NCBI GenBank assembly: GCA_963693055.1
Contig: OY843751.1
Coordinates: forward strand, 5,504,001 to 5,568,000
Direction of reading: 5' to 3'
Source of the DNA: a bacterium
Lineage (GTDB): Bacteria > Zhuqueibacterota > Zhuqueibacteria > Residuimicrobiales > Krinioviventaceae
Length of the DNA: 64,000 bases
Shown here: positions 1 through 10,288 of the stretch, one piece after another
Layout: each line of letters begins with the position of its first letter
Position numbering within the stretch: position 1 is the first letter of the stretch
Made by a program: the position numbers and the translations under genes
Notes under the pieces: model-generated
Databases searched by the model: none
What the model saw: the letters and a program-made list of their open reading frames with translations, nothing else
Told to the model about the DNA's origin: nothing

Positions 1-911
1 ATAGTGCTAACGATATTAAACGCAGCCACCATAATAATTAAACTCAGGATTAAAAAAGCAGCCCAGCGCTCAATCTCCATCCATCGGAACAGATTCTGGT
101 TCAAATCAAACCATGTTTCCGCACGGTAAGGATAACCCAGCTTGTCCCTGACCGTGTCTGCAACGGCTTTGGCGTGCATATAATTATCGAGTTTTACTTC
201 AATGCCAGATACTTTGGTACCCATATTGAACAATTGCTGCGCCGATTCGATCGAGATAAAAGCCATATTGTTATCAATCTCGTATAGACCACTTTCAAAA
301 TAACCTGCTACACGAAACTGTTTCATCCGCGGCATCTGCATAAAATTTTTCATACCTGAAAAACTCGCAGCCGACACCTTGTCACCAATGGATACTGCCA
401 TCCTGTCGGCAACAGAAAGCCCCAGCAAAATACCCGGCAAGGGTCGCTGGTCTTCATCACTTTCAGGGGCGGCGACCTCATCCAATTTCAATTCACCATA
501 TATCACATTATCCAATATGGATGAGACCTTGACCGCGGTTTCGGTTTCAATTCCTCTGAAAATAACCGCTGTATTTTCGTGCTTGGACATTAGCAAACCC
601 CGGCCATCAATATAAGGAGACATGGCCTTGATCTGCGGAACATCTTTGAGTATATGCTCAACAGCTGTATAGGTTTCCATTCCATCATGCTCAATTGTAC
701 GAAAGGTTCGCACCTTGAGATGTGTATTGATCCCAATCAATCGGGAACGCACTTCGGATTCAAAACCGTTCATAACAGAAAGTACAATAATTAGCGCTGC
801 TACACCAATGGTTACGCCACCTACGGAAATCAGGGTAATTAATGATATAAACCCTTCTTTCCGCTTGGATTTCAGGTAACGATACGCTACAAATAATTCA
901 AAAGGCATCAT
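1..911 (-). CDS. lolC: Lipoprotein-releasing ABC transporter permease LolC/E family (5' part; runs off window start)
   Basis: Manual translation from ATG 911: MMPFELFVAYRYLKSKRKEGFISLITLISVGGVTIGVAALIIVLSVMNGFE, the classic LolC/E N-terminus. It directly follows lysS. It is absent from the ORF track because it has no stop in the window. Confidence 0.88.
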   Translation of the reverse strand, partial: MMPFELFVAYRYLKSKRKEGFISLITLISVGGVTIGVAALIIVLSVMNGFESEVRSRLIGINTHLKVRTFRTIEHDGMETYTAVEHILKDVPQIKAMSPYIDGRGLLMSKHENTAVIFRGIETETAVKVSSILDNVIYGELKLDEVAAPESDEDQRPLPGILLGLSVADRMAVSIGDKVSAASFSGMKNFMQMPRMKQFRVAGYFESGLYEIDNNMAFISIESAQQLFNMGTKVSGIEVKLDNYMHAKAVADTVRDKLGYPYRAETWFDLNQNLFRWMEIERWAAFLILSLIIMVAAFNIVST

Positions 912-913
912 TT

Positions 914-2419
914 TTATTTTTCCGGTCTCATCGTTGGGAAAAGGATCACATCTCGTATTGAAGCAGAATCTGTCAAAAGCATTACCAAACGATCAATTCC
1001 CATACCCAGCCCTGCTGTTGGCGGCATGCCATATTCCAAAGCGCGCAGAAAATCATCATCAAGCATTTGCGCTTCATCATCACCGGCTTCCAGCAAACGG
1101 ACCTGCTCTTCAAAACGCTGGCGCTGATCAATAGGATCATTCAATTCGGAAAACGAATTTCCAATTTCACGTCCCGCCACAAAAGGCTCAAAACGTTCAA
1201 CCAGCTTGGGATCATCACGGTGACGTTTTGCCAATGGCGACAACTCTACAGGATAATCCATTATAAATGTAGGCTGTATCAGGTGTTCTTCTACCTTTTC
1301 ACCAAAAATTTCATCCAAAATCTTGCCGCTTCCCCAAAAATCTTCAACTTCAACATGTAACTCTTTAGCAACTGCTTTTAATTCTTCAGTAGTCTTGCCG
1401 TATAAATCTTTACCTGTGTACTGTTTTATAGCCTCAAACAATGGCAAACGTTTCCAGGGTGGTGTCAGATCAATTTCCTGTCCCTGATACGTAATTTTAC
1501 AAGTACCCAGTACCTTTTTCGCAATGGTGGTAACCATATCTTCCACCAGATCCATCATGTAATTATAGTCTTCATAGGCAACATATAACTCCATCATGGT
1601 AAACTCGGGATTATGGGTACGGTCAATACCTTCATTACGAAAATCTTTGCTGATCTCGTAAACACCATCGTAGCCACCCACAATCAAACGTTTCAGGTAC
1701 AACTCGTCTGCAATACGCATGAACAATTTCATGTCCAATGCATTGTGGTGTGTGGTAAAAGGACGCGCGGTAGCGCCACCGTAAATAGGCTGCAATACCG
1801 GAGTTTCTACTTCTAGGAAACCTTTGTTGTCCAGATATTCACGCATGGCTGAAATAATGCGGGAACGTTTTATAAATACATCGCTCACCTCGCGATTCAC
1901 TACCAAATCTACATAACGCTGACGGTATCTTGCTTCGGTATCTGAAAAAGCGTCAAAAGTTACTTTTTTGCCATCTTCTTCTTTTTCTTTAACCACCGGC
2001 AAGGGACGCAGATTTTTGGTCAACAACTCAAAGTAGCTGACCTTGATGGTGATTTCACCGGTTTTAGTTTTTACCACGGTACCTTTAACACCTACAATAT
2101 CACCAATATCAGTTAATTTAAAGGCCGCGTATGCCTCTTCACCCACATCATCCAGACGAACATAGATCTGAATCCGTTCGGTACTATCCATTATGTGTGA
2201 AAAGGCTGCTTTTCCCATACGACGCAAAGACATCATGCGTCCCGCCAATGAGACCTCTTTTTCTTCATACTTTTCATAATTGTCAAGTATCTCTTTGGCG
2301 AAATGCTCCCGTTCAAATTTATACGTAAAAGGGTTAACTTTTAATTCTTTTAATTGTTCCAGTTTTTCCAGGCGGGCCTTCATTACCTGGTTTAAATCCT
2401 GTAATTGTTCTTCACTCAT
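914..2419 (-). CDS. lysS: Lysine--tRNA ligase (class II)
   Basis: Motifs [29 protein letters not shown] and [16 protein letters not shown]. Confidence 0.99.
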   Translation of the reverse strand: MSEEQLQDLNQVMKARLEKLEQLKELKVNPFTYKFEREHFAKEILDNYEKYEEKEVSLAGRMMSLRRMGKAAFSHIMDSTERIQIYVRLDDVGEEAYAAFKLTDIGDIVGVKGTVVKTKTGEITIKVSYFELLTKNLRPLPVVKEKEEDGKKVTFDAFSDTEARYRQRYVDLVVNREVSDVFIKRSRIISAMREYLDNKGFLEVETPVLQPIYGGATARPFTTHHNALDMKLFMRIADELYLKRLIVGGYDGVYEISKDFRNEGIDRTHNPEFTMMELYVAYEDYNYMMDLVEDMVTTIAKKVLGTCKITYQGQEIDLTPPWKRLPLFEAIKQYTGKDLYGKTTEELKAVAKELHVEVEDFWGSGKILDEIFGEKVEEHLIQPTFIMDYPVELSPLAKRHRDDPKLVERFEPFVAGREIGNSFSELNDPIDQRQRFEEQVRLLEAGDDEAQMLDDDFLRALEYGMPPTAGLGMGIDRLVMLLTDSASIRDVILFPTMRPEK

Positions 2420-3537
2420 AGTTCCTCACTATTTATATAGATTCGCTGTACTCTGTTAGAAACCCAGCAGATCACTTCATAGGGTATTGTATTTATTTTT
2501 TCACAAATGGATTCTACAGTTATTTTATTATTTTTTTGGTTACCAAATAAAACGACTTCATCACCTTCCTGTACCGAGGTATCATCACCCAAATCAACCA
2601 TAATCATATCCATGGTTACACGTCCAATCACCGGAAATTGTTTTCCTTGAATCAGCACCTCACCGCAATTGGATAATAAACGGTTGTACCCGTCTTCGTA
2701 TCCAACAGGCAATGTGGCTACACGGGTATCTCGGTCGGCAATATAGATCCTGTCATAACTTACACTTTCACCTTTGGCAAGCTCTTTTGTGTAAAGCACT
2801 CTGGTTTTAAACTCCATTACCGGTTTAATCTGAACGCTTTCACTTGTATGGGCAGCCGGATAATGGCCATACATCAAAATACCGGGACGCACCATATCAA
2901 AATAGGTCTCTGGCAGATCCAATATTGCGCCACTGTTTGCGGCATGTGCCAAAGGAATCATTATGCCCGCGGCTTTAACATCATCGAGTATTTGTTTAAA
3001 CCGTTCTGCCTGTAGCAGCGCATAACTTTTATCTATATGATCGGATGTTGCAAAATGGGTATAGACTCCCTGTAAATTGAGCACGCTGTCACGATAAATT
3101 TCACGGATGAACGCTTCAGCTTTTTGCCAATGAATACCCATTCTACCCATGCCGGTATCAATTTTGACATGAATTCTTGGATTTTTTTTACATGAGCGGG
3201 CAGATGCTTTAACCCGCTCTAATCCCTCATGATCATATAATGTTATATCCAGATCGTATTCCAAATACAGATCCGTCTGATTCAACCCGGAACTACTCAA
3301 TACCAATATAGGGGCCTGAATTCCGGCATTTCTCAGTGCAATACCTTCTTCAATACAAGCTACACCCAGGTAATCTGCTCCGTTTTCCAGTACGGTTTTA
3401 CTGACCTCAACAGCACCATGACCATAAGCATTCGCCTTTACAACAGCCAAAACCTTTGCGGGGGCAACTTTATCCCGAATAGCTTGTACGTTATGCTTGA
3501 GGGCAGAAAGGTCTATTTCAACGGCTGTGGGTCTCAA
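2416..3537 (-). CDS. alr: Alanine racemase
   Basis: PLP-lysine motif [11 protein letters not shown], plus [10 protein letters not shown] and GRVTMD. TTG start; the stop overlaps the lysS ATG (ATGA). Confidence 0.97.
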   Translation of the reverse strand: MRPTAVEIDLSALKHNVQAIRDKVAPAKVLAVVKANAYGHGAVEVSKTVLENGADYLGVACIEEGIALRNAGIQAPILVLSSSGLNQTDLYLEYDLDITLYDHEGLERVKASARSCKKNPRIHVKIDTGMGRMGIHWQKAEAFIREIYRDSVLNLQGVYTHFATSDHIDKSYALLQAERFKQILDDVKAAGIMIPLAHAANSGAILDLPETYFDMVRPGILMYGHYPAAHTSESVQIKPVMEFKTRVLYTKELAKGESVSYDRIYIADRDTRVATLPVGYEDGYNRLLSNCGEVLIQGKQFPVIGRVTMDMIMVDLGDDTSVQEGDEVVLFGNQKNNKITVESICEKINTIPYEVICWVSNRVQRIYINSEEL

Positions 3538-3553
3538 TTTGTTCTCCGGTGTA

Positions 3554-4661
3554 TTACTGTTTTTTGGAATTACCTTGCATTAAAAAGGATTCTATAAATC
3601 CGTCAATATCACCATCCATTACCGCGGTAATGTTGCTGGTTTCAAAACTTGTTCTATGGTCTTTAACCATATTATACGGATGAAAAACATAAGACCGGAT
3701 CTGGCTACCCCAGCCGATCTCTTGTTTTGTATTTTCAAGCTCTGCCATTTTCGCTTTTTCTTCTTCAAGCTTTTTCTGATACAATTTAGACATGAGCATT
3801 TTCATAGCAGCGTCTTTATTACGGTGTTGCGAACGCTCATTCTGACACTGAACAACAATATTGGTCGGGATGTGCGTAATACGGATCGCCGAACTGGTCT
3901 TGTTTACATGCTGACCACCGGCCCCGCTTGCCCGATACGTATCAATTCTCAGGTCTTTTTCATCTATATCAATTTCAATATCATTATCTACTTCCGGGTA
4001 AACAAACACAGACGCAAAGGATGTATGGCGTCTGCTGTTGGCATCAAAAGGAGAAATTCTTACCAAACGGTGCACACCAGCTTCGGCTTTTAAATAACCA
4101 TATACATAGCTGCCTACAACTTCAAATGAAACGCCTTTAATTCCGGCTTCGTCACCAGATTGAAAGTCAAGTGTATCGTATTTGAATCCTCTACGTTCAA
4201 ACCAGCGGGTATACATGCGCATTAGCATTTGCGCCCAATCCTGAGATTCTGTACCTCCGGCCCCGGGGTGTATCGTCACAATCGCATTTTTTGAATCTTC
4301 AGGTTTTCCCAACATTCTACGGAATTCAAGAGCAGATAGGTCTTTTTCGAGTTGTTTCAAATCAGATTGGAGCTCTTTACCAATCTCTTCATCATTTTCT
4401 TCCTGGGCAAGAACAGTCAGTTCTTCAATCTCATTACATTTATCATCAATCTTTTGCCAGGTTTCAACCCATTCACGTCGGCCGCTGATTTCCCGCATAA
4501 CCTGCTGTGCGCTTTCGTTATCATTCCAAAAGCTGGTTTCCTGGGTTTGTTTTTCCAATTCAGCTATCTCATTCTCTTTGGTTTCTATGTCAAAGAAACC
4601 TCCTGAGAGCCTGGGTTCTGTCTTTATAATCTTTAATACTTGATAAAATCTCATCAAACAT
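3554..4661 (-). CDS. prfB: Peptide chain release factor 2, made by programmed +1 frameshift
   Basis: SPF and GGQ motifs. The likely true start is ATG 4661 (AGGA RBS), reading MFDEILSSIKDYKDRTQALRRFL to CTT TGA C, then +1 into DIETKENE. The ORF-track N-terminus (4657) is the +1 frame. Confidence 0.96.
4589..4604 (-). promoter_or_regulatory. prfB programmed +1 frameshift cassette (internal SD + CTT TGA C)
   Basis: The minus strand reads AGG AGG TTT CTT TGA C in frame with ATG 4661. This matches the established RF2 autoregulatory site. Confidence 0.95.
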
Positions 4662-4700
4662 AGTACGTCCTAATTGTTTGGTATCATAAACTAAACTAAC

Positions 4701-4729
4701 AATTTACGACATTTCAAAACAAGAGTCAA
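4701..4729 (-). promoter_or_regulatory. Sigma70-type promoter for prfB-alr-lysS-lolC/E
   Basis: TTGACT-17 nt-TAAATT, about 40 nt upstream of the prfB ATG. Confidence 0.6.
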
Positions 4730-4771
4730 CACCTGTTATTCGAGACAAGGACGGTAACTGTGGAAAGAGGA

Positions 4772-4906
4772 TTACTTGCTTTTTTCCCGTACTAGTTCCA
4801 ATTCTTTACGTGCTTTTGAAATTTTAATGGCTATAGTTAACAGGTAGACAAACAAACCTGTCCAGATAAATGCATATGCGATAAATAAATATAGTAAATT
4901 GTTCAT
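4772..4906 (-). CDS. ccmD: Heme exporter protein CcmD (44 aa, below the ORF-track cutoff)
   Basis: MNNLLYLFIAYAFIWTGLFVYLLTIAIKISKARKELELVREKSK: one TM segment plus a basic helix, lying directly downstream of ccmC. Confidence 0.85.
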   Translation of the reverse strand: MNNLLYLFIAYAFIWTGLFVYLLTIAIKISKARKELELVREKSK

Positions 4907-4920
4907 TTCTCTATATATCC

Positions 4921-5616
4921 TTAAAATTGTTGTTTAATCAAGTTAACATCCTGTTCAAGGTAAATGGATTTCAATCTTAACCGTAACAGGGTTATGAACA
5001 GAATTGTAAACGCACCAACAGAGACCAACAGCGTTGCCAGCATCTGTGGTGCCAACCCACTTCCACTACCACCGGCTATAACAGCACCCGGATGTAATGT
5101 GCGCCACCAGCGAATGGACATGTATACGATGGGTACATCCACAAAACCAATTATGCCGAAAACTGCAGCAAACCTTGCACCTCTTTCATTGTCCGCAGTA
5201 AACTGTCTTATCATCAAATACGCGATATAGATCAACCATAAAACAAATGAGGTGGTCAATCGGGCATCCCAGCTCCAGTATGTATTCCATACCGGCTTTG
5301 CCCACATGGGCCCGGTAAGCAAGACTAACGTTATAAACAAAACTCCAATTTCTGCGGAAGCCAATGCCATCTTGTCCCATTTTTCATTTCCACTCTTTAA
5401 AAATGCTATGCCGGCAATACATACAATAAAAAATGCCAAAAAAGAAGCCCATGCCGAGGGCACATGGAAATAAAAAATACGCTGCACATCACCCATAGTC
5501 CGCTCTGTGGGGGCATATAAAAAAGCCATATACAAAGCGACCATTACAGCAACATAAGACAACGTGATCAAAACCAAATCCACAATCAATGATTTTTGCT
5601 TCATAACCTGCCTCAT
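4921..5616 (-). CDS. ccmC: Heme exporter protein CcmC
   Basis: RIFYFHVPSAW, WWD-domain motif WAKPVWNTYWSWDARLT, and WWRTLHP. Confidence 0.95.
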   Translation of the reverse strand: MRQVMKQKSLIVDLVLITLSYVAVMVALYMAFLYAPTERTMGDVQRIFYFHVPSAWASFLAFFIVCIAGIAFLKSGNEKWDKMALASAEIGVLFITLVLLTGPMWAKPVWNTYWSWDARLTTSFVLWLIYIAYLMIRQFTADNERGARFAAVFGIIGFVDVPIVYMSIRWWRTLHPGAVIAGGSGSGLAPQMLATLLVSVGAFTILFITLLRLRLKSIYLEQDVNLIKQQF

Positions 5617-6290
5617 TCCTCTATAACATATTCATACAATAAATAACAGACAACAAAAAAAATCACATCAAACCCGATCAAGAGACGCATCCAAGGGTAT
5701 ACCTTTGAGAGAGGTTCAGCGCTTAATAAATATTGTGTACTTTTTATAGCACCCAGAATTACAGGAACTGTAACCGGCAACAATAAAATTGGCAGCATTA
5801 TTTCACGAGATTTTGTATTGGCCGCAATTGCAGAAAACAATGTTCCAACAGAGGCAAATCCAAGAATACCCAGAAACAGCACCAAAAGCAGCAACCCAAA
5901 AGTTCCGGTAACCGGCAGATCATACAAGACAATCATAACCGGCAGCATAATCACCTGCACAGCAGAGATAAATATAACATTTGCCAGCATCTTGGACAGA
6001 AAAATAGCGCTTCTATCCATGGGCGTTAACAAAATACCCTGCATATTACCGGCTTCCTGTTCTTTTACAAATGTTCTGTTCAACCCCAAATTTGATGAAA
6101 AAATAATTGCCACCCACAAAATACCAGGTGCGGTTTTTTGCATTATATCCGTTCCGGGATCAAAAATAAAATTAAAGATCACCAGCACGGTAATAGCAAA
6201 TACAACCATAGACCAGATAACTTCGCGGCTTCGTAGCTCTATGAGCACATCTTTATATACCAGGGCACCAATATGTTTCAGTGTATTCAT
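5613..6290 (-). CDS. ccmB: Heme exporter protein CcmB
   Basis: KDVLIELRSRE, APGILW and LPILLLPV motifs; multi-TM; lies between ccmA and ccmC. Confidence 0.93.
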   Translation of the reverse strand: MNTLKHIGALVYKDVLIELRSREVIWSMVVFAITVLVIFNFIFDPGTDIMQKTAPGILWVAIIFSSNLGLNRTFVKEQEAGNMQGILLTPMDRSAIFLSKMLANVIFISAVQVIMLPVMIVLYDLPVTGTFGLLLLVLFLGILGFASVGTLFSAIAANTKSREIMLPILLLPVTVPVILGAIKSTQYLLSAEPLSKVYPWMRLLIGFDVIFFVVCYLLYEYVIEE

Positions 6291-6296
6291 TTCAGA

Positions 6297-6980
6297 TCAT
6301 CCAAATGCTGCTACCAGCTCGTCACGAGAAAGGTTTTGGGTTTCAGTATCTTTTACAAGCTTGCCTTGTTTAATCAAGAGCAAGCGTTTGCAATGGGTTA
6401 TAGCAAAATCCAGATCATGTGTAGTCATTAAAATAGTAGTACCTTTAGCATGCAAACCATTCAACAAATCGGTAAGGTTTTGCGAAGATTTAAAATCCAA
6501 TCCGCTAAAGGGTTCATCCAAAAGCAGCAGGTCTGGTTCATGCAAAAGCGCTCTTGCAAGTGCAAGACGTTGCTGCATTCCGCGCGAAAATGTACGAACA
6601 AGGTCATACCTTCGAACAGACAGATCTACCTGTTCGAGCACAGATAGCACCCGCTCTTGCAGGTTTTCCAGATTGTTTAATTTACCATAAAATTTTAAAT
6701 TCTCTTCTGCGGTAAGATCTCCATATAAAAAGGGATCATGGCTCACAACGCCCATTTGTCGGCGAACCTGTTCTGCCTGTTTGGGCAGGTTGAATCCATT
6801 TATACTGACCTCACCAGATGTAGGTCGTGACAATGAGGCAATAATACGCAACAAGGTAGTTTTACCGGCACCATTCTGTCCCAGTAGTGCGGTATACTCT
6901 CCCTCCCGGATGTTAAAATCAATCCCCCGAAGGACTTGTAACGCAGCAAATGATTTATGTACATTGTGCACGCGTATCAT
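6297..6980 (-). CDS. ccmA: Heme exporter ATP-binding protein CcmA
   Basis: Walker A GQNGAGKTT, signature FSRGMQQR, Walker B LLLLDEP, plus gene context. Confidence 0.9.
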   Translation of the reverse strand: MIRVHNVHKSFAALQVLRGIDFNIREGEYTALLGQNGAGKTTLLRIIASLSRPTSGEVSINGFNLPKQAEQVRRQMGVVSHDPFLYGDLTAEENLKFYGKLNNLENLQERVLSVLEQVDLSVRRYDLVRTFSRGMQQRLALARALLHEPDLLLLDEPFSGLDFKSSQNLTDLLNGLHAKGTTILMTTHDLDFAITHCKRLLLIKQGKLVKDTETQNLSRDELVAAFG

Positions 6981-7936
6981 TTTGCTTTTGTTCCATTCTC
7001 CCTAAAATGACCGACAACCAAAATAACCATAAGCAATGCGGCTGTTAACAAGACCGTAGGTAATGGTGACTTGTTGGGCAAAGATTGCTGTACAATCTGA
7101 AAAGCAACAGTTTGACCGGCATGTACACCTTCAATGCCATAACGTTTATATTCGGCATTACGAATTTTAAAGGGGCCAAAATCCTGCATATCAGCAGATA
7201 CAAGAGACAAATTCTGGCTTTTTAAAAATACATCAAAAGAACGGGTGTGAGCATCAAAACCCAAGTCCACTGCAACTCGGCCGTTACGATAAGGTATACG
7301 GTACGCATAAGACAGTTGACGGGTTCCTGGCAGCAGAATGCTTTTATCAAAAACGTCTCTTCCTTCCTGCACATGCTGATTGCTGAAATTGGCAGACATG
7401 GGCGTAAAATCAAAAGCATTGCTGGGTAATTGATACTTGATTGTGTAATCACCTGCTTTTTCGTCATGTGCAACATTGGTTATAGCCTTGTCACCACCAT
7501 TGTGATAGACCCGGGTTTCCCGAACCTGGATCATGTTACCCATATCTTCTACTATTAGGTGGTGCATCATGCTGCTTAAACTCTCTGCAGAATGAGTTGT
7601 ATCATAAACCACTATGTTTTGCTCTGCAGGATTGGTTCCCTGACTGTAAAATCGCACACCATTAAAATCTACTGCGGCGAAATAAGAAGCGGCTGTGTCC
7701 GGTTGGGCTATGGGAAAAACAAACTGTCCCTTACCATTTGTAGATGTCTTGCCAACATCAACAGGGCCCGTATCGCCGGTTTTCATACTTTGCAAAAAAA
7801 CTGTTAAATTGGCAACTGCCGTACTGTCTTTAGAAGCATTTACAACAGTACCTTCAAGCTGACTGTTGGGGAATCCATAAACAGACCCGGTACAAATAGC
7901 CAGCAATACAATATATTTTAATACTTTCATACCCAC
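6977..7936 (-). CDS. Exported, C-terminally anchored beta-rich protein within the ccm operon (function unknown)
   Basis: Signal peptide, a carboxypeptidase-regulatory-like start (LEGTVVNAS...TNGKGQFVF) and a C-terminal TM segment. The stop overlaps the ccmA ATG. Confidence 0.7.
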   Translation of the reverse strand: MGMKVLKYIVLLAICTGSVYGFPNSQLEGTVVNASKDSTAVANLTVFLQSMKTGDTGPVDVGKTSTNGKGQFVFPIAQPDTAASYFAAVDFNGVRFYSQGTNPAEQNIVVYDTTHSAESLSSMMHHLIVEDMGNMIQVRETRVYHNGGDKAITNVAHDEKAGDYTIKYQLPSNAFDFTPMSANFSNQHVQEGRDVFDKSILLPGTRQLSYAYRIPYRNGRVAVDLGFDAHTRSFDVFLKSQNLSLVSADMQDFGPFKIRNAEYKRYGIEGVHAGQTVAFQIVQQSLPNKSPLPTVLLTAALLMVILVVGHFRENGTKAK

Positions 7937-7939
7937 ACC

Positions 7940-8176
7940 TTATAGATTAGTCTTTGCACCGCATTGTGAACAAAATTTATCATCAGGTTTTATTTTTGTA
8001 CCGCATTGCGTACAAAAGCTTTCACGCTTTTCCGGTTGTTGCTTTTTCGGTAGCTGCTTTACAGGTTTAGCCTGTTTGGTTGTTTTCTTGACAGCTTTGG
8101 GTGCTTCCTGCTTTGATAACAATGGCCAACCAACCCAAAGGGACGCGGCTATACTGAGTACGATAGATGATATCAT
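7940..8176 (-). CDS. Small membrane-anchored zinc-ribbon protein
   Basis: N-terminal TM segment, Lys/Pro-rich linker, and FCTQCG...FCSQCG double CxxC. Confidence 0.8.
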   Translation of the reverse strand: MISSIVLSIAASLWVGWPLLSKQEAPKAVKKTTKQAKPVKQLPKKQQPEKRESFCTQCGTKIKPDDKFCSQCGAKTNL

Positions 8177-8178
8177 AA

Positions 8179-10122
8179 TTACCTGCTCTTTGGTTTATAT
8201 TGAACAAAAGTCAATAATGTTCCGGCGACCATTACAATTCCACCAAACCACATCCAGAACATCATGGGATTAATTAATACAGTTACGGTTGCCCGCTGAG
8301 ATACAACTTCAAATCCGGCAAGGATCACATAAATATCTTCTTTCATAGTGGTACGTATACCCACTTCGGTAGAGGGTTGAAAATTGGGATGCTGATGTTT
8401 TTCAGACCGCAGTTGGCTGACAAAGCGTCCTTTTTTATATATATCAAATCGGCCCGAATAGATATCTACATCTCCTTCAGTCCAGGATTCTATACCCATA
8501 TAACGGATCTCATAACCACCGGCCTTGATGGTTTCTTCTTTATCCAGAGTTGCTGTCTGTTCAACACTGAATGCAGACGAACCAATAAAGCCCAGAAACA
8601 TCATCAATACACCCAGGTGAACAATATAAGCGCCGTATCTCCTTTTGTTTTTCATTACCAGTTTTCCAACCGCCATAAAAGGATTTACACCCTCACGTTT
8701 TGAAAACAGTACAACATGTTCAACAAAAGATACAATGATTGCAACAAAGGCAAAAACAGCAACCCATAAACTGATCAGCGGCATTACAGCTCTAATACCC
8801 GTGGCAACAAAAAATACGGTTGCCGCAACAGCCGCTGCTATTGGCAGCCATAAACGTTTTTTCAGATCAGCAGCTTGTGTTTTTCTCCAGGAAAGCAGCG
8901 TTCCCAATCCTATAAGAAAAAAGATAACCAGGCCAAATGGTGTTGCCATACGGTTAAAAAACTCTACACTTACAGTTTGTTTTTCTCCGTTCATAGCCTC
9001 ACTGATAGAAGGCAAAACTGTCCCAATAAACACGCCTACAGTCAAAGCAATAAACAACATATTATTTAATAAAAATGAAGATTCCCGTGAAGACCAGGAA
9101 TCCATAGCATCTTTACTTTTCAGAATTGGCAGCCGATTGAGTATAAGCACAATGGTACTGATCACAATAATGGCCAGATAGCCCAAAAACAACGGGCCCA
9201 AATCAGATACACCAAAGGCGTGCACTGAAGAAATAAGACCGCTGCGAGTTACAAAGGTACCAAAAATGGTAAGTGCAAATGTTAGCATGATCAAAACAAT
9301 GTTCCAGGTCTTCAACATGCCGCGAAATTCCTGGACCATTAGCGAATGCACAAAAGCTGTCAGGGTCAACCAGGGCAGCAACGAAGAATTTTCAACAGGG
9401 TCCCAGGCCCAGTAACCTCCCCAACCAAGCTCTACATATGCCCATTGCATACCCAGCACATTACCGATGGTTAAAAACAACCATGCAAACAATGACCAGT
9501 TGCGAATGGAACGCAGCCACATCATATCCAGATTGCGGGTTAACAAAGCCGCAAATGCCATTGCAAATGGAACGGTTGCACTAACGAATCCCAGGTACAA
9601 CGTTGGTGGGTGAAATACCATCTGTGGGTTTTGCAGCAAAGGATTCAAACCCTTACCGTCCATAGGGGTAAATGGTAACTTTTGAAATGGATTCGATTTA
9701 AATACAAGCAAATATAAAAAAAAGAGCGTTGCAACACTCATTACAATCATTACATAAGGCAATCTTTCAGGATCACGTTTTTTATTTTGTTCGAGCACAA
9801 TAAAGGAAAAAATTGCCAATAACCATGCCCAGAACAATAAGGATCCCGCTTGTCCACCCCAGAAAGCTGCTGCAGTATAAAACCAGGACAATGCCCGGTT
9901 GGAATACTGTGCTACATATTCAACCTGAAAATCACGGGTAAACAAACTGTAAAACAGGGAAATTGCCGCCAGTGTAATCAAGGCAGACCATGCATAAACC
10001 GCACGCTGTGCACTTTTTAAAAGGCGGTCCGAATTTCGTTTGATGGCCAGCAAATACACAATTGCTGAATACGCCGACAATACCAGCGCTACATTCAAAG
10101 CTTCAAAACCAATTCCTGCCAC
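8179..10122 (-). CDS. ccmF: Cytochrome c heme lyase CcmF/NrfE family
   Basis: WGGQAGSLL, GLNPLLQNP, FHPP, WGGYWAWDPVEN and SVHAF motifs. The likely start is GTG 10122 after AGGT; the ORF track extends to 10197. Confidence 0.95.
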   Translation of the reverse strand: MAGIGFEALNVALVLSAYSAIVYLLAIKRNSDRLLKSAQRAVYAWSALITLAAISLFYSLFTRDFQVEYVAQYSNRALSWFYTAAAFWGGQAGSLLFWAWLLAIFSFIVLEQNKKRDPERLPYVMIVMSVATLFFLYLLVFKSNPFQKLPFTPMDGKGLNPLLQNPQMVFHPPTLYLGFVSATVPFAMAFAALLTRNLDMMWLRSIRNWSLFAWLFLTIGNVLGMQWAYVELGWGGYWAWDPVENSSLLPWLTLTAFVHSLMVQEFRGMLKTWNIVLIMLTFALTIFGTFVTRSGLISSVHAFGVSDLGPLFLGYLAIIVISTIVLILNRLPILKSKDAMDSWSSRESSFLLNNMLFIALTVGVFIGTVLPSISEAMNGEKQTVSVEFFNRMATPFGLVIFFLIGLGTLLSWRKTQAADLKKRLWLPIAAAVAATVFFVATGIRAVMPLISLWVAVFAFVAIIVSFVEHVVLFSKREGVNPFMAVGKLVMKNKRRYGAYIVHLGVLMMFLGFIGSSAFSVEQTATLDKEETIKAGGYEIRYMGIESWTEGDVDIYSGRFDIYKKGRFVSQLRSEKHQHPNFQPSTEVGIRTTMKEDIYVILAGFEVVSQRATVTVLINPMMFWMWFGGIVMVAGTLLTFVQYKPKSR

Positions 10123-10288
10123 AATTATACCTATCGTTTTAATTATTATTTTAATACAAGTGATTAATATATTAAAACCCGCTCCAAGGCGCAACAAAAT
10201 AATAAATTTAAGGTATTATTTGCTTTGATTTGCATGTCAGTTATTTTATATTTAAGGACAATTTAAACAAAAATGAGGAAGTCAAAAT

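Noticed and set aside
3554-4657. ORF-track prfB starting MMRFYQVL
   Set aside because: This is the +1 frame read upstream of the frameshift. The RBS and the canonical cassette support ATG 4661.
5818-6690. 290-aa plus-strand ORF
   Set aside because: It is the antisense shadow of ccmB/ccmA, with no motifs or RBS. Hydrophobic genes often leave the opposite frame open.
8645-9181. 178-aa plus-strand ORF, representative of the many short overlapping ORFs in the track
   Set aside because: They overlap well-supported genes and have no recognisable features.
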